DNA of 39,673 bases from Acidimicrobiia bacterium. GTDB lineage: Bacteria > Actinomycetota > Acidimicrobiia > IMCC26256 > JACDBD01. The translations under genes were made by a program, and so were the position numbers. The stretch lies in the NCBI GenBank assembly GCA_036374115.1, contig DASUUL010000177.1, forward strand, positions 1 through 39,673, given 5' to 3'. The notes beneath the pieces are model-generated. The model was not told the origin of the DNA, searched no databases, and saw only the letters and a list, made by a program, of their open reading frames with translations. Positions 21,881-32,080 of this stretch are shown here, piece by piece (position 1 is the stretch's first letter; each line of letters starts with the position of its first letter).

Positions 21881-22965
21881 CGAGGACCGAGGCGGTGTTG
21901 ATCCTGCGCGACGGAACCCGCTTCGAGGGCGAGGCTGTGGGGCATGTCCCCGAGGCCGGGGCCGTCGCCGCCGGAGAGGTCGTGTTCAACACCGCGCTCT
22001 CGGGTTACCAGGAGGTCCTCACCGACCCCTCGTACGCCGGACAGATCATCACGTTCACGTATCCCCACATCGGCAACTACGGCGTCAACGACGACGACGC
22101 CGAGAGCCGGCGGCCGTTCTGTGGCGGCGTCGTGGTGCGCGACCTCGCCCGGCGCGCCAGCAACTGGCGGGCGATCCACGGCCTCGACGAGTACCTGCGG
22201 CGTCACCGCCTTCCCGCCATCGCCGGCATCGACACCCGCCGCCTCACCCGGTACCTGCGCGAGCACGGCGCGCTGCCCGGCGCGTTCGGCACCGACGAGG
22301 CGACGGTACGGGCTGCGGCCGCCGCGGGCGCGGGCACGGAGGGTCTCGACCTGGTCGCGGCCGTGACCACCGACACCCCGTACGAGGCCGGCGATCCCGA
22401 TTCCGAGTTCCACGTGGTGGCCTACGACTTCGGCATCAAGCGCACGATCCTGCGCCATCTCGAGTCCGCGGGCTGCTACGTCACGGTGGTCCCCGCCTCG
22501 ACGCCCGCCGCCGACGTGCTCGCCCGCGACCCCGACGGCGTCTTCCTCTCCAACGGGCCCGGCGACCCCGAGCCGCTCGCCTACGCCATCGACAACGCCC
22601 GCGCCCTCGTGGGCGAGGTGCCAGTCTTCGGTATCTGCCTCGGGCACCAGATCCTCGGCCTCGCCCTCGGCGCCGAGAAGATCAAGCTCCACTTCGGCCA
22701 TCACGGTGCGAACCACCCGGTGCGCCACGAGGCCAGCGGACGCGTGGAGATCACCAGCCAGAACCACAACTACGCCGTCGACCTCACGGGGGTGCGCGGG
22801 GTGGAGCGGACCCACGTCAACCTCAACGACGGCGTCTGCGAGGGGTTCCGGGTGCTCGACGCGCCCGCCTTCGGGGTGCAGTACCACCCGGAGGCCGGTC
22901 CGGGGCCCCACGACACCCGTTACCTGTTCGACGAGTTCACCGGCCTCATGGCCGCGACCGCATGA
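21877..22965 (+). CDS. carA: Carbamoyl-phosphate synthase small (glutaminase) subunit
   Basis: The GTG overlaps the pyrC stop (GTGA). [17 protein letters not shown], catalytic [15 protein letters not shown]. Confidence 0.95.
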   Translation: MTRTEAVLILRDGTRFEGEAVGHVPEAGAVAAGEVVFNTALSGYQEVLTDPSYAGQIITFTYPHIGNYGVNDDDAESRRPFCGGVVVRDLARRASNWRAIHGLDEYLRRHRLPAIAGIDTRRLTRYLREHGALPGAFGTDEATVRAAAAAGAGTEGLDLVAAVTTDTPYEAGDPDSEFHVVAYDFGIKRTILRHLESAGCYVTVVPASTPAADVLARDPDGVFLSNGPGDPEPLAYAIDNARALVGEVPVFGICLGHQILGLALGAEKIKLHFGHHGANHPVRHEASGRVEITSQNHNYAVDLTGVRGVERTHVNLNDGVCEGFRVLDAPAFGVQYHPEAGPGPHDTRYLFDEFTGLMAATA

Positions 22966-25900
22966 CCATGCCGCGCCGCGACGACCTCCGATCGATCCTG
23001 GTGATCGGGAGCGGTCCGATCGTCATCGGTCAGGCATGCGAGTTCGACTACTCGGGCACGCAGGCGTGCAAGGTGCTGCGTGACGAGGGCTACCGGGTGG
23101 TCCTCGTCAACTCGAACCCGGCGACCATCATGACCGACCCGGAGTTCGCCGACGCCACCTACGTCGAGCCACTCGATCTCGCGAGCGTGACTCGCGTCCT
23201 CGAGCAGGAGCGACCCGACGCAGTGCTCCCGACGCTCGGCGGTCAGACCGCGCTCAACCTCGCGGTGGAGCTCGACGAACACGGCGTGCTCGAGCGCCTC
23301 GACATCGAGCTGGTGGGCGCGGGCATCGAGGCGATCCGCACCGCCGAGAACCGTCAGCAGTTCAAGGCGGCGATGGAGGAGATCGGCCTCGCGGTGCCGC
23401 GGTCGGGCTTCGCGTACACGCTCGACGAGGCCCTGGCCGTCGCCGAGCAGGTGGGATACCCCCTGATCGTCCGGCCGTCGTTCATCCTCGGGGGCGGCGG
23501 CACCGGCATCGCCCACGACGCCGACGAGATGCGCGCCGTGGCCGAACGTGGTCTCGCCGCCAGCCCGGTCTCGGAGATCCTGGTCGAGCAGTCGGTGCTC
23601 GGGTGGAAGGAGTACGAGCTGGAGGTCATGCGGGACCACGCCGACAACGCGGTGGTCGTCTGCTCGATCGAGAACCTCGACCCGATGGGCGTGCACACCG
23701 GCGACTCCATCACGGTCGCGCCCGCCCAGACCCTCACCGACGTCGAGTACCAGCGGATGCGCGACGCAGCCTTCGCGTGCATCCGCCGGATCGGGGTCGA
23801 CACCGGCGGCTCCAACATCCAATTCGCTGTCGACCCCGCCGACGGGCGCCAGCTCGTCATCGAGATGAACCCGCGCGTCTCGCGCTCGAGCGCGCTGGCC
23901 AGCAAGGCCACCGGGTTCCCCATCGCCAAGATCGCCGCCAAGCTCGCGGTCGGGTACCGCCTCGACGAGGTGCTCAACGACATCACCGGCGAGACCCCGG
24001 CCTCGTTCGAGCCGACGATCGACTACGTCGTCACCAAGGTGCCGCGGTGGGCGTTCGAGAAGCTCCCGGGCTCGGCGCCGGTGCTCGGCACGATGATGCA
24101 GTCGGTCGGCGAGGCGATGGCGATCGGGCGGACCTTCCCCGAGTCGCTGCAAAAGGCGCTCCGCTCGCTCGAAACCGGTCGGTACGGGCTCAACTGCGAT
24201 CCCGCCGAGCAGGAGTGGGACCGCCGCTCCGACGACGACCTCGTCGTCGCGTGCGCGGTGCCCGCGCCCGACCGGATCTTCGCCCTCGAGGCCGCCCTGC
24301 GACGAGGCGTGACGGTCGAGCGCCTGGCCGAGAAGACCGGCGTCGACCCGTGGTTCCTCGACCAGATGGCCCAGATCGCCGAGATGCGCGTGGAGCTCGG
24401 CGGGTGCGGGCTCGAGACGACGACGCGGCCGCGGTGGCGAGCGGCCAAGCGGCTCGGGTTCTCGGATGCCCAGCTCGCGTACCTGTGGGGCGTCGACGAG
24501 GCCGACGTGCGCGCCGCTCGGCTCCGCGCCGGTGTGGGCGTGACCTACAAGACGGTCGACACCTGCGCGGCGGAGTTCGCCGCCGACACCCCGTATCACT
24601 ACGGAACCTACGAAGACGAAGACGAGGTCGCGCCCCTGCGGCGGCCGGCGGTGGTGATCCTCGGGAGCGGACCGAACCGCATCGGGCAGGGCGTCGAGTT
24701 CGACTACTGCTGCGTCCACGCCGCCTTCGCGCTCTCCGCCGCCGGCTACGAGACGGTGATGGTCAACTGCAACCCCGAGACCGTCTCGACCGACTACGAC
24801 ACGAGCGACCGCCTCTTCTTCGAGCCGCTCACGGGGGAGGACGTCCTCAACCTCTGCGAGGCCCTGGCGGCCCGAGGCGAGCTCGCCGGCGTGATCGTCG
24901 CCCTCGGGGGCCAGACCCCGCTCAAGCTCGCCCACACCCTCGAGGCAGCGGGCATCCCCGTCTGCGGCACGAGCCCGGCGTCGATCGATCTCGCCGAAGA
25001 CCGGGAGCGCTTCAACGCGCTCTGCGACCGTCTGGGCGTCCCCCAGCCTGCGGGGGGTACCGCCGCCGGTGCCGAGGCCGCCCGCGCCGTCGCCGCCGAG
25101 GTCGGGTACCCGGTCCTGGTGCGGCCGTCCTACGTGCTCGGCGGCCGGGCGATGCAGATCGTGTACGACGCCGGCGCGCTCGACGCCGCCATGGCCGAGC
25201 TCGCCGCCACCGGGACTCTGGGGCGGGAGGGCGGCCTGAGCGCCTCGCGACCGGCGCTGATCGACCGCTTCCTGGAGGACGCCGTCGAGGTCGACGTCGA
25301 TGCGCTGCGCGACGGCGCCGGCGAGATCCTCGTCGGCGGGGTGATGGAGCACATCGAAGAGGCGGGCGTGCACTCGGGCGACTCCGCGTGCACGATCCCC
25401 CCGGCGACGCTCGGGTCGGATGTCGTCGACGTGATCGAGCGCCACACCCGCGCGCTTGCCGACGCCCTCGACGTCCGGGGGCTCATCAACGTCCAGTACG
25501 CGGTGAAGAACCGCGAGGTGTACGTGCTGGAGGTGAACCCGCGGGCGAGCCGGACGGTGCCGTTCGTCGGGAAGGCGACGGGCGTCCCGCTCGCCAAGCT
25601 GGCGGCCCGGGTGATGCTCGGCACCACTCTGGCCGAGCTGCGTGACGAGGGGCTGCTGGCCGCGAGCGCTCGCGGCGGGGCCGCCGAGGGCGGACACGTC
25701 GCGGTCAAGGAGGCGGTGCTGCCGTTCGCGCGGTTCCCCGACGTGGACACGATCCTCGGGCCCGAGATGCGCTCCACCGGCGAGGTGATGGGCATCGACC
25801 GCTCCTTCGGTCTCGCCTTCGCCAAGAGCCAGGCCGCCGCCGGCAACCGCCTGCCCGACCGGGGCACGGTCTTCCTGTCGCTCGCCGATCGCGACAAGCC

Positions 25901-26282
25901 CGCGGGCCTCCTCGCCGCCCGTCGCTTCGCCGAGCTCGGCTTCTCGCTCGTGGCGACCGGAGGCACCGCCGCCGCCCTCGAGGCGGAGGGGATCCCGGTG
26001 GACGAGGTCGTCGCCAAGGTGGGGGAGGCGGGCGTCGACGCCGTCGACCTGATCTCGTCGGGCAAGGTCGATCTCGTCGTCAACACCCCCCGGGGCCGCG
26101 GGCCCCGCGCCGACGGCGACCACATCCGCCGGGCGGCCACGCTGCACCGGGTGGCGTGCCTCACCACGGTGGCGGCCGCCCGGGCGGCCGCCGCCGGGAT
26201 CGCCGAGTGGACCACCCAGGTCGCGACCGTGCGCTCGCTCCAGCAGTACCACCGCGACGGCCAGCTGCGGCTGGAGGTGTGA
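22962..26282 (+). CDS. carB: Carbamoyl-phosphate synthase large subunit
   Basis: The ATG overlaps the carA stop (ATGA). 1106 aa. [20 protein letters not shown] and the second-half [21 protein letters not shown] mark two ATP-grasp halves. MGS-like C-terminus. The ORF upstream of 22962 is a stop-free overlap, not coding. Confidence 0.97.
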   Translation: MTMPRRDDLRSILVIGSGPIVIGQACEFDYSGTQACKVLRDEGYRVVLVNSNPATIMTDPEFADATYVEPLDLASVTRVLEQERPDAVLPTLGGQTALNLAVELDEHGVLERLDIELVGAGIEAIRTAENRQQFKAAMEEIGLAVPRSGFAYTLDEALAVAEQVGYPLIVRPSFILGGGGTGIAHDADEMRAVAERGLAASPVSEILVEQSVLGWKEYELEVMRDHADNAVVVCSIENLDPMGVHTGDSITVAPAQTLTDVEYQRMRDAAFACIRRIGVDTGGSNIQFAVDPADGRQLVIEMNPRVSRSSALASKATGFPIAKIAAKLAVGYRLDEVLNDITGETPASFEPTIDYVVTKVPRWAFEKLPGSAPVLGTMMQSVGEAMAIGRTFPESLQKALRSLETGRYGLNCDPAEQEWDRRSDDDLVVACAVPAPDRIFALEAALRRGVTVERLAEKTGVDPWFLDQMAQIAEMRVELGGCGLETTTRPRWRAAKRLGFSDAQLAYLWGVDEADVRAARLRAGVGVTYKTVDTCAAEFAADTPYHYGTYEDEDEVAPLRRPAVVILGSGPNRIGQGVEFDYCCVHAAFALSAAGYETVMVNCNPETVSTDYDTSDRLFFEPLTGEDVLNLCEALAARGELAGVIVALGGQTPLKLAHTLEAAGIPVCGTSPASIDLAEDRERFNALCDRLGVPQPAGGTAAGAEAARAVAAEVGYPVLVRPSYVLGGRAMQIVYDAGALDAAMAELAATGTLGREGGLSASRPALIDRFLEDAVEVDVDALRDGAGEILVGGVMEHIEEAGVHSGDSACTIPPATLGSDVVDVIERHTRALADALDVRGLINVQYAVKNREVYVLEVNPRASRTVPFVGKATGVPLAKLAARVMLGTTLAELRDEGLLAASARGGAAEGGHVAVKEAVLPFARFPDVDTILGPEMRSTGEVMGIDRSFGLAFAKSQAAAGNRLPDRGTVFLSLADRDKPAGLLAARRFAELGFSLVATGGTAAALEAEGIPVDEVVAKVGEAGVDAVDLISSGKVDLVVNTPRGRGPRADGDHIRRAATLHRVACLTTVAAARAAAAGIAEWTTQVATVRSLQQYHRDGQLRLEV

Positions 26283-26283
26283 G

Positions 26284-27276
26284 GTGACCCGTCGCTCCTC
26301 CCGGCCCTGGCGTACCAGGACCACGCGCGACGCGGTGCTGCGCCGGACGCCGGATGCGAGCGTCCGCTTGGGGCCGCTCGTGCTGCCGGGCCCGATCGTG
26401 GCGGCGTCGGGGACCTTCGGGCACGGCGACGAGGTGGCCCGCCTCTGCGACCCCGCGGAGCTGGGGGCGGTGACCGTGAAGTCGCTGGCCCCGTACGAAT
26501 GGCCGGGCAACCCCGCCCCCCGCCTCCACATGACCGACGCCGGGATGCTCAACTCGGTCGGGCTCGAGGGGCCGGGCGTCGAGACGTGGGTGTCGGAGGA
26601 GCTCCCGGCCCTGCGGGCGCGAGGGGCACGCGTGATCGCATCGGTGTGGGGGCGCACGGTCGACGACTTCGCGGTGGCGGCGAAGATGCTCCACCCTGCT
26701 CGGAGCGAGCTGGTGGCCGTGGAGGTCAACGTCAGCTGTCCCAACCTCGAGGACCGCTCCCGGATGTTCGCCCATGCTCCCGACACGACCGCGGCGGCGG
26801 TGGGCGCGGTGGCCGACGCCGGTCTCGGGCTACCCCTCTTCGCGAAGCTGTCCCCCAACATCGCAGACCTCACCGACGTCGCCGCCGCATCGCTCGGCGC
26901 GGGCGCCACCGGCCTGACCCTGATCAACACGGTGATCGGTCTCCTCGTCGACGCCGAGCGCCGCCGGCCGGTCCTCGGTGGGGGTGGGGGAGGGCTCTCG
27001 GGACCCGCGATCAAGCCGGTCGCCCTGCGCATCGTCGCCGACGTCGCGCGCGCGTATCCGGACGTGCCGATCATCGGGACCGGTGGGGTCACGACCGGTC
27101 TCGACGCCGTCGAGATGCTGATGGCGGGAGCCAGCGCCGTGGGTGTCGGCACCGCGACCTTCCACGACCCGCGCGCGGCGTTGCGGATCGGGCGCGAGCT
27201 CGCCGACTGGTGCCTCGCGCATGGCGTGGATCGTGTCTCCGATCTCACCGGCGCGATGGAGTACGGCGATGCCTGA
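26284..27276 (+). CDS. pyrD: Dihydroorotate dehydrogenase, class 1 (Cys active-site base)
   Basis: AASGTFG, NVSCPN, GGLSGPAIKP, IIGTGGV. GTG 26284 follows GGAGG (26273-26277), 1 nt after the carB stop. GTG 26335 is an alternative start. Confidence 0.9.
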   Translation: MTRRSSRPWRTRTTRDAVLRRTPDASVRLGPLVLPGPIVAASGTFGHGDEVARLCDPAELGAVTVKSLAPYEWPGNPAPRLHMTDAGMLNSVGLEGPGVETWVSEELPALRARGARVIASVWGRTVDDFAVAAKMLHPARSELVAVEVNVSCPNLEDRSRMFAHAPDTTAAAVGAVADAGLGLPLFAKLSPNIADLTDVAAASLGAGATGLTLINTVIGLLVDAERRRPVLGGGGGGLSGPAIKPVALRIVADVARAYPDVPIIGTGGVTTGLDAVEMLMAGASAVGVGTATFHDPRAALRIGRELADWCLAHGVDRVSDLTGAMEYGDA

Positions 27277-27979
27277 AGCAGCGCCGCCCGAGGTTCGCGA
27301 CCGGCTCACCCTGCCCCTCGACGTCGGCGACCTGGACGCCGCCCTCACGATGGCCGGGCGGGTGGCCCCGTGGTTCGGCATCGCCAAGGTCGGTCACGAG
27401 CTCTTCGCGGAGGCGGGGCCGGCGGCGATCGAACCCTTGCAGGCGCTGGGCTTCCGGGTGTTCGCCGACCTCAAGTACTACGACATCCCCACCACCGTCG
27501 AGCGGGCCGCCCGGGCCATCGGCCGGCGCGGGGTTCAGTTCCTGAACTTCCCGGCCGTGGGCGGGGAGGCGATGCTGCGCGCCGGCATCGCCGGTCTTCG
27601 CGAGGGCGCACGCGAAGCGGGTCATGCACCGCCCATGGCGCTCGCGGTCACGGTGCTCACGAGCGAGACGCGCGCCGACGCGTTCGACGAACGTCTCGAG
27701 ACCGCGGCGCGCGCCGGCTGCGACGGGGTCGTGTGCTCCGCGCACGAGATCGCCGCCGTACGCGCGCGCGACGCGGGGCTGACGACGATGGTTCCCGGCA
27801 TCCGTCTCGCCGGCGGCGACCACCAAGACCAAGCGCGGGTCGCGACTCCGGAGGAAGCCACGCGCGCGGGCGCCGACTGGCTCGTGGTCGGCCGCCCCGT
27901 CACCGCTGCCCCCGACCCCCAGGCGGCCGCGGCGACGGTCGCACGCTCGGTTGCCGCCGGACTCGCGTCGCTCGCATGA
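27269..27979 (+). CDS. pyrF: Orotidine 5'-phosphate decarboxylase
   Basis: LPLDV, KVGHELF, FADLKYYDIPTTV, VVGRPV. ATG 27269 overlaps the pyrD end by 8 nt. Confidence 0.9.
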   Translation: MPEAAPPEVRDRLTLPLDVGDLDAALTMAGRVAPWFGIAKVGHELFAEAGPAAIEPLQALGFRVFADLKYYDIPTTVERAARAIGRRGVQFLNFPAVGGEAMLRAGIAGLREGAREAGHAPPMALAVTVLTSETRADAFDERLETAARAGCDGVVCSAHEIAAVRARDAGLTTMVPGIRLAGGDHQDQARVATPEEATRAGADWLVVGRPVTAAPDPQAAAATVARSVAAGLASLA

Positions 27980-28025
27980 CGAACGCGGCCGCGTCGTGCG
28001 CGGTCGTCGACCGATCTCCGACCGG

Positions 28026-28053
28026 TTGCCCGTACGGAGGCCGTGCGTATACT
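28026..28053 (+). promoter_or_regulatory. Candidate promoter of mihF: -35 TTGCCC, 16-nt spacer, -10 TATACT
   Basis: TTGCCC at 28026-28031 and TATACT at 28048-28053 lie in the 159-nt pyrF-mihF gap. This would give a 5'UTR of about 80 nt ending in SD GGAGG (28125-28129). Confidence 0.4.
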
Positions 28054-28138
28054 GACGCCTCGTCCGTCGGACAGGTCTGCGTCCGGGGTCGATCGCCACG
28101 GTCGTCGCGGCGGTCGCAGCACATGGAGGTCGCCCGGA

Positions 28139-28453
28139 ATGCCGCTCCCGCCCTCGCTCACCCCGGAGCAGCGCCAAGCTGCCCTGGAGAAGGCGGCCGC
28201 TGCCCGCCGGCAGCGCGCCGAGGTGAAGGAGAAGCTCAAGATGGGCTCCCTGACGCTGCCCGAGCTGTTCGAGCAGGGCGACCGCGACGAGACACTGGCG
28301 AAGCTGAAGGTCGTGAGCGTGCTCGAGTCGCTCCCCGGCGTCGGCAAGGTGCGGGCCCGGCGCCTCATGGAGGAGCTCGACATCAGCGAGAGCCGCCGCC
28401 TTCGCGGGCTGGGTCGCAACCAGCGCGAGGCGCTCCTCGCCCGCTTCGGCTGA
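28139..28453 (+). CDS. mihF: Integration host factor MihF (actinobacterial IHF)
   Basis: 104 aa. LTPEQRQAALEKAAAARR...LPGVGKVRARRLMEEL. The ATG is 9 nt after GGAGG. The longer ORF from GTG 28043 would run through the putative promoter. Confidence 0.88.
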   Translation: MPLPPSLTPEQRQAALEKAAAARRQRAEVKEKLKMGSLTLPELFEQGDRDETLAKLKVVSVLESLPGVGKVRARRLMEELDISESRRLRGLGRNQREALLARFG

Positions 28454-28463
28454 TCCGACCGGC

Positions 28464-29051
28464 CTGATTCGATCGGGCAGGCCCCCGCTGGCGGTACTCC
28501 TCGTCGTCGCCGGGCCCTCGGGGGTCGGGAAGGGCACGATCGTGCGCCGCCTGCTCGAGCGCCGACCGAACCTCTGGGTCTCGGTCTCGGCGACGACACG
28601 CGCCCCGCGCGAGGGGGAGGTCGACGGCCGCGACTACCGGTTCCTGAGTCGCGGTGAGTTCGATCGTCTCCGCGCAGAGGGCGGCTTCCTCGAGTCCTTC
28701 GACGTGTACGGCGACCTGAAGGGCACGCCGCGGGAGCCCGTGGAGGAGCACCTCGCGGCCGGCGACGACGTCCTCCTGGAGGTGGACGTGCAGGGGGCGA
28801 TGGCGGTGCGCGAGGCGTTCCCCGAGGCCGTGCTCGTCTTCGTCCGCCCACCGTCGCGCGCGGCGCAACGTGAACGCCTGCTGGGGCGCGGGCAGGACGA
28901 CCCGGGCGCGGTGGAGCGCCGGTTGGCCGCGGCCGAGGCCGAGGAGGCGCTCGCGGAGCGCTTCGACGAGGTCGTCGTCAACGACGACGCCGATCGGGCC
29001 GCGGCCGAGGTCGCGGCTATCCTGGAGCGCTACCGGCGGGCGCGGCGCTAG
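28464..29051 (+). CDS. gmk: Guanylate kinase (start non-canonical: CTG 28464, ATT 28467 or CTG 28488)
   Basis: P-loop AGPSGVGKGT (28509-28538), SATTRAPREGEVDGRDYRF, EVDVQGA. The first ATG/GTG/TTG in frame (GTG 28542) lies after the P-loop, so the true start must be upstream and non-canonical. Confidence 0.85.
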   Translation: MIRSGRPPLAVLLVVAGPSGVGKGTIVRRLLERRPNLWVSVSATTRAPREGEVDGRDYRFLSRGEFDRLRAEGGFLESFDVYGDLKGTPREPVEEHLAAGDDVLLEVDVQGAMAVREAFPEAVLVFVRPPSRAAQRERLLGRGQDDPGAVERRLAAAEAEEALAERFDEVVVNDDADRAAAEVAAILERYRRARR

Positions 29052-29112
29052 GCCGCTCGCGCCCTGCCACATTTGCGAGACCGGCGGGAGCGCCGGTGAC
29101 ACGGAGGATCCG

Positions 29113-29460
29113 ATGCCCGACCGCAGAGCTTCACTCATGGAGCCCCGCATGGAGAACCTGCTCGCCCGGACCAACTCGAAGTTCACGTTGGTCACGCTGG
29201 CGGCCCTGCGGGCCCGCGAGATCAACGACTACTACAACCAGCTCGGCGAGGGTCTGGGCAAGATCGTGCCGCCCCAGGTGACGTCGGTCTCCCGCAAGCC
29301 CCTCTCGATCGCCCTCGAGGAGATCGAAGCGGACAAGATCCATGCCGTCCCGCTCCCCGAAGAGGGGGAGGAGGCCGAAGAGGCGGAGGAGGCAGCCGAA
29401 GAGGCGGGAGAGGCCGAGCTCGCCGCCGTCACCGACACCGGCGAGGAGCCGGCCGAGTAG
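29113..29460 (+). CDS. rpoZ: DNA-directed RNA polymerase subunit omega with acidic C-terminal tail
   Basis: NSKFTLVTLAALRAREINDYYNQLGEG, KPLSIALEEI. The ATG follows GGAGGA (29103-29108). Confidence 0.92.
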   Translation: MPDRRASLMEPRMENLLARTNSKFTLVTLAALRAREINDYYNQLGEGLGKIVPPQVTSVSRKPLSIALEEIEADKIHAVPLPEEGEEAEEAEEAAEEAGEAELAAVTDTGEEPAE

Positions 29461-29494
29461 GCCTCGGCCGGTCGGGACCCCACGTCCCCATCGG

Positions 29495-30745
29495 ATGCCC
29501 ACCTCCGCTCCCGCCGATCCGGTCGCGGCCTTGCGGGGCCGCCGCGTCGTGCTCGGCGTCACCGGCGGCATCGCCGCCTACAAGGCGGTGGAGGTCTGCC
29601 GCCGGCTCGTCGACGCCGGCGCGCACGTCGCTCCCGTCCTCACCGACGACGCGCTCCGCTTCGTGGGTGCGCTCACGTTCTCGGCGCTGGCGTCGGAACC
29701 GGCGCGCACCTCGCTCTTCGACGGTCCCGATCCGATCCCGCACACCCGGCTGGGCCAGTCGGCCGATGTGGTCGTGGTCGCCCCCGCCACCGCCAAGCTG
29801 CTGGGCAAGTACGCCGCCGGCATCTCCGACGACCTCCTGACGGCGACGCTCCTCGCCACGCGCGCACCGGTGCTCGTCGCGCCGGCGATGCACACCGAGA
29901 TGTGGGAGCACCCGGCGGTTCGAGAGAACCTGGCGACCTTGCGGCGCCGGGGCGTGCACGTCGTCGACCCGGAACGCGGCCGCCTCGCCGGTGGCGACGA
30001 GGGTGAGGGCCGCCTGGCCGACCCGGCCCGCATCGTGGCCGGCGCGGCGGATGTGCTCGCTCGCGGTGGCGATCTCGCCGGCCTGCACGTGCTCGTCACG
30101 GCCGGCGGCACGCGTGAGCCGCTCGACCCGGTCCGGTTCGTGGGGAACCGGTCGTCGGGGAAGATGGGTCACGCCGTCGCCGACGCCGCTGCGCTGCGGG
30201 GCGCGGCCGTCACGCTCGTCACGACCACGAACCGCCTCGCGGCCGATGCCGTCGAGGTCGTGCGGGTCGACACCGCCGACGAGATGGCGGACGCGGTCCT
30301 GGCTCGCTTCGCCGAGACCGACGTGGTGGTGATGGCGGCGGCGGTGGCCGACTTCCGGCCCAAGGCCCGCGCCCACACGAAGCTCAAGAAGTGCGACGGC
30401 GTCCCCGAGGTGGTGCTCGAACCGACCCCGGACATCCTCACGGCCCTGGGGGAGCGCAAGGCGCCTCACCAGCTGCTGATCGGATTCGCGGCCGAGACCG
30501 ACCGGGTGCGGGAGCAGGCGATGGCCAAGCTGGCGGCCAAGCGGGTCGACCTGATGGTCGCCAACGACGTCTCCGCGGCCGACGCCGGCTTCGAAGTCGA
30601 CACGAACCGGGCAATTTTGCTGTACTCGTCCGGTTCTGCAGAGGAGACACCGCTCATGGCCAAGCGGGATCTGGCCGATCTCCTCCTCGATCGAATTGCC
30701 GCTCGGCTGGCGGGGAGCGGCGGCGGCAACGAGCGGAGCCAGTAG
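29495..30745 (+). CDS. coaBC: Bifunctional phosphopantothenoylcysteine decarboxylase / phosphopantothenate--cysteine ligase
   Basis: [37 protein letters not shown]. The N-terminal part of ORF 29342.. overlaps the rpoZ tail and is not coding. Confidence 0.93.
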   Translation: MPTSAPADPVAALRGRRVVLGVTGGIAAYKAVEVCRRLVDAGAHVAPVLTDDALRFVGALTFSALASEPARTSLFDGPDPIPHTRLGQSADVVVVAPATAKLLGKYAAGISDDLLTATLLATRAPVLVAPAMHTEMWEHPAVRENLATLRRRGVHVVDPERGRLAGGDEGEGRLADPARIVAGAADVLARGGDLAGLHVLVTAGGTREPLDPVRFVGNRSSGKMGHAVADAAALRGAAVTLVTTTNRLAADAVEVVRVDTADEMADAVLARFAETDVVVMAAAVADFRPKARAHTKLKKCDGVPEVVLEPTPDILTALGERKAPHQLLIGFAAETDRVREQAMAKLAAKRVDLMVANDVSAADAGFEVDTNRAILLYSSGSAEETPLMAKRDLADLLLDRIAARLAGSGGGNERSQ

Positions 30746-30750
30746 CGCCT

Positions 30751-30774
30751 GCGGGCCGGGGACCCCGGGCCCGC
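30751..30774 (+). terminator. GC-rich stem-loop between coaBC and metK (possible terminator or processing/stability element; no U-tract)
   Basis: gcgggccgggg-a-ccccgggcccgc forms about 10 bp with one bulge, starting 6 nt after the coaBC stop. Confidence 0.25.
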
Positions 30775-30806
30775 AACGAGTGAGCGAGCAGGCAGGAAGG
30801 ATCTCA

Positions 30807-32003
30807 GTGAGCCAGAACTTCACGTTCACGTCGGAGTCGGTGACCGAGGGCCACCCCGACAAGATGTGCGACCAGATCAGCGACGCCGTCCTCGACGCCA
30901 TCTACGAGGACGACCCCGAGAGCCGGGTGGCGTGCGAATCGCTGTGCACCACCGGCATGGTGGTCGTGGCCGGCGAGATCAGCACCACCGCGTACGTCGA
31001 CATTCCCCGAGTTGTGCGCGACACCGTGAGGAGCATCGGCTACACCGACGCCGCCTACGGCTTCGACGGCACCACGTGCGGCGTGATCACCTCGATCGAC
31101 GAGCAGTCGCCCGACATCGCCCAGGGGGTCGACAAGGCCTACGAGCTGCGTGCCGGCGAGGCCGACTACTACGACGAAGTGGGCGCGGGCGACCAGGGCA
31201 TGATGTTCGGCTACGCGTGCGACGAAACCGACGACCTGATGCCCATGCCCATCTGGCTCGCACACCGGATGGCGCACCGGCTGTCGGAGGTCCGCAAGGC
31301 GGGCGTGCTGCCCTACCTCCGCCCCGACGGCAAGACCCAGATGACGATCGACTACGAGGACGGCGTCCCGAAGCGGCTGCGCACCGTGCTCATCTCGACC
31401 CAGCACCAGCCCGGGATCGACATCGAGACGCTCCTGAAGCCCGACCTCGAGGAGCACGTCATCCGGCCCCTGCTGCCGCCCCAGTTCGCCGGCGACTCCT
31501 TCGAGGTGCTCACCAACCCCACCGGCACCTTCGAGCTCGGTGGCCCGCACGCCGACTGCGGGCTCACGGGCCGCAAGATCATCGTCGACACCTACGGCGG
31601 CATGGCCCGTCACGGGGGCGGCGCGTTCAGCGGCAAGGACCCCACGAAGGTCGACCGCTCCGCGGCCTACGCCGTGCGCAACGTGGCCAAGAACGTCGTC
31701 GCCGCCGGAATCGCCAAGCGCTGCGAGGTGCAGGTGGCGTACGCCATCGGCGTGGCCCGGCCCGTGTCGGTGATGGTCGAGACCTTCGGCACGTCGGAGA
31801 TCGACCCGCTGAAGCTCGGCGAGCTCATCAACGACCACTTCGACCTGCGCCCGGCCGCGATCATCGAACGGTTGAAGCTGCGTCGCCCGATCTTCCGGCG
31901 TACGGCCGCGTACGGGCACTTCGGTCGACCGGAGAAGGACTTCACCTGGGAGCAGACGAACGAGGCCGAGGCGCTACGCGAGGCGGCGGAGTCGCTGGCC
32001 TAG
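30807..32003 (+). CDS. metK: S-adenosylmethionine synthase
   Basis: [52 protein letters not shown] 30807 follows GGAAGG. Confidence 0.97.
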   Translation: MSQNFTFTSESVTEGHPDKMCDQISDAVLDAIYEDDPESRVACESLCTTGMVVVAGEISTTAYVDIPRVVRDTVRSIGYTDAAYGFDGTTCGVITSIDEQSPDIAQGVDKAYELRAGEADYYDEVGAGDQGMMFGYACDETDDLMPMPIWLAHRMAHRLSEVRKAGVLPYLRPDGKTQMTIDYEDGVPKRLRTVLISTQHQPGIDIETLLKPDLEEHVIRPLLPPQFAGDSFEVLTNPTGTFELGGPHADCGLTGRKIIVDTYGGMARHGGGAFSGKDPTKVDRSAAYAVRNVAKNVVAAGIAKRCEVQVAYAIGVARPVSVMVETFGTSEIDPLKLGELINDHFDLRPAAIIERLKLRRPIFRRTAAYGHFGRPEKDFTWEQTNEAEALREAAESLA

Positions 32004-32080
32004 CCGACGCCGCGCCCCGCGAGCGAGTCTGCCGCGTACGTCCCGACGTTCCTGCGGTCGACCGCGTCTTCGACTACCGC

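Noticed and set aside
21231-22961. Upstream 577 codons of the 1683-aa ORF that ends as carB
   Set aside because: This part overlaps pyrC and carA in another frame and translates to Arg/Pro-rich sequence. CarB homology begins at the ATG 22962 that overlaps the carA stop.
22962-26282. Large internal repeat inside carB (two similar halves)
   Set aside because: This is the well-known ancient duplication of the ATP-grasp synthetase halves of CarB, not a recent repeat or an assembly artefact.
22920-27248. 1442-aa minus-strand ORF antisense to carB/pyrD
   Set aside because: Same reasoning: the + strand encodes full-length CarB and PyrD with all motifs, and the antisense translation is compositional noise.
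27983-27994. 12-nt perfect palindrome acgcggccgcgt just after the pyrF stop
   Set aside because: It is too short and loop-less to act as a terminator. Palindromes of this GC-only type arise easily in this composition, and I found no second copy.
28043-28138. N-terminally extended MihF starting at GTG 28043
   Set aside because: The extension (MRILTPRPSDRSASGVDRHGRRGGRS...) is not IHF-like and would start inside the putative promoter spacer. A GGAGG SD precedes ATG 28139.
30746-30806. SAM riboswitch upstream of metK
   Set aside because: The 61-nt gap holds a single simple hairpin. It lacks the multi-helix junction and conserved cores I would expect of the SAM riboswitch classes I know.
30866-32023. 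Upstream part of the 985-aa ORF that ends as priA, running through metK
   Set aside because: No PriA-like sequence occurs before about 32024, and the region is fully occupied by metK in another frame. See the separate finding on the missing start codon.
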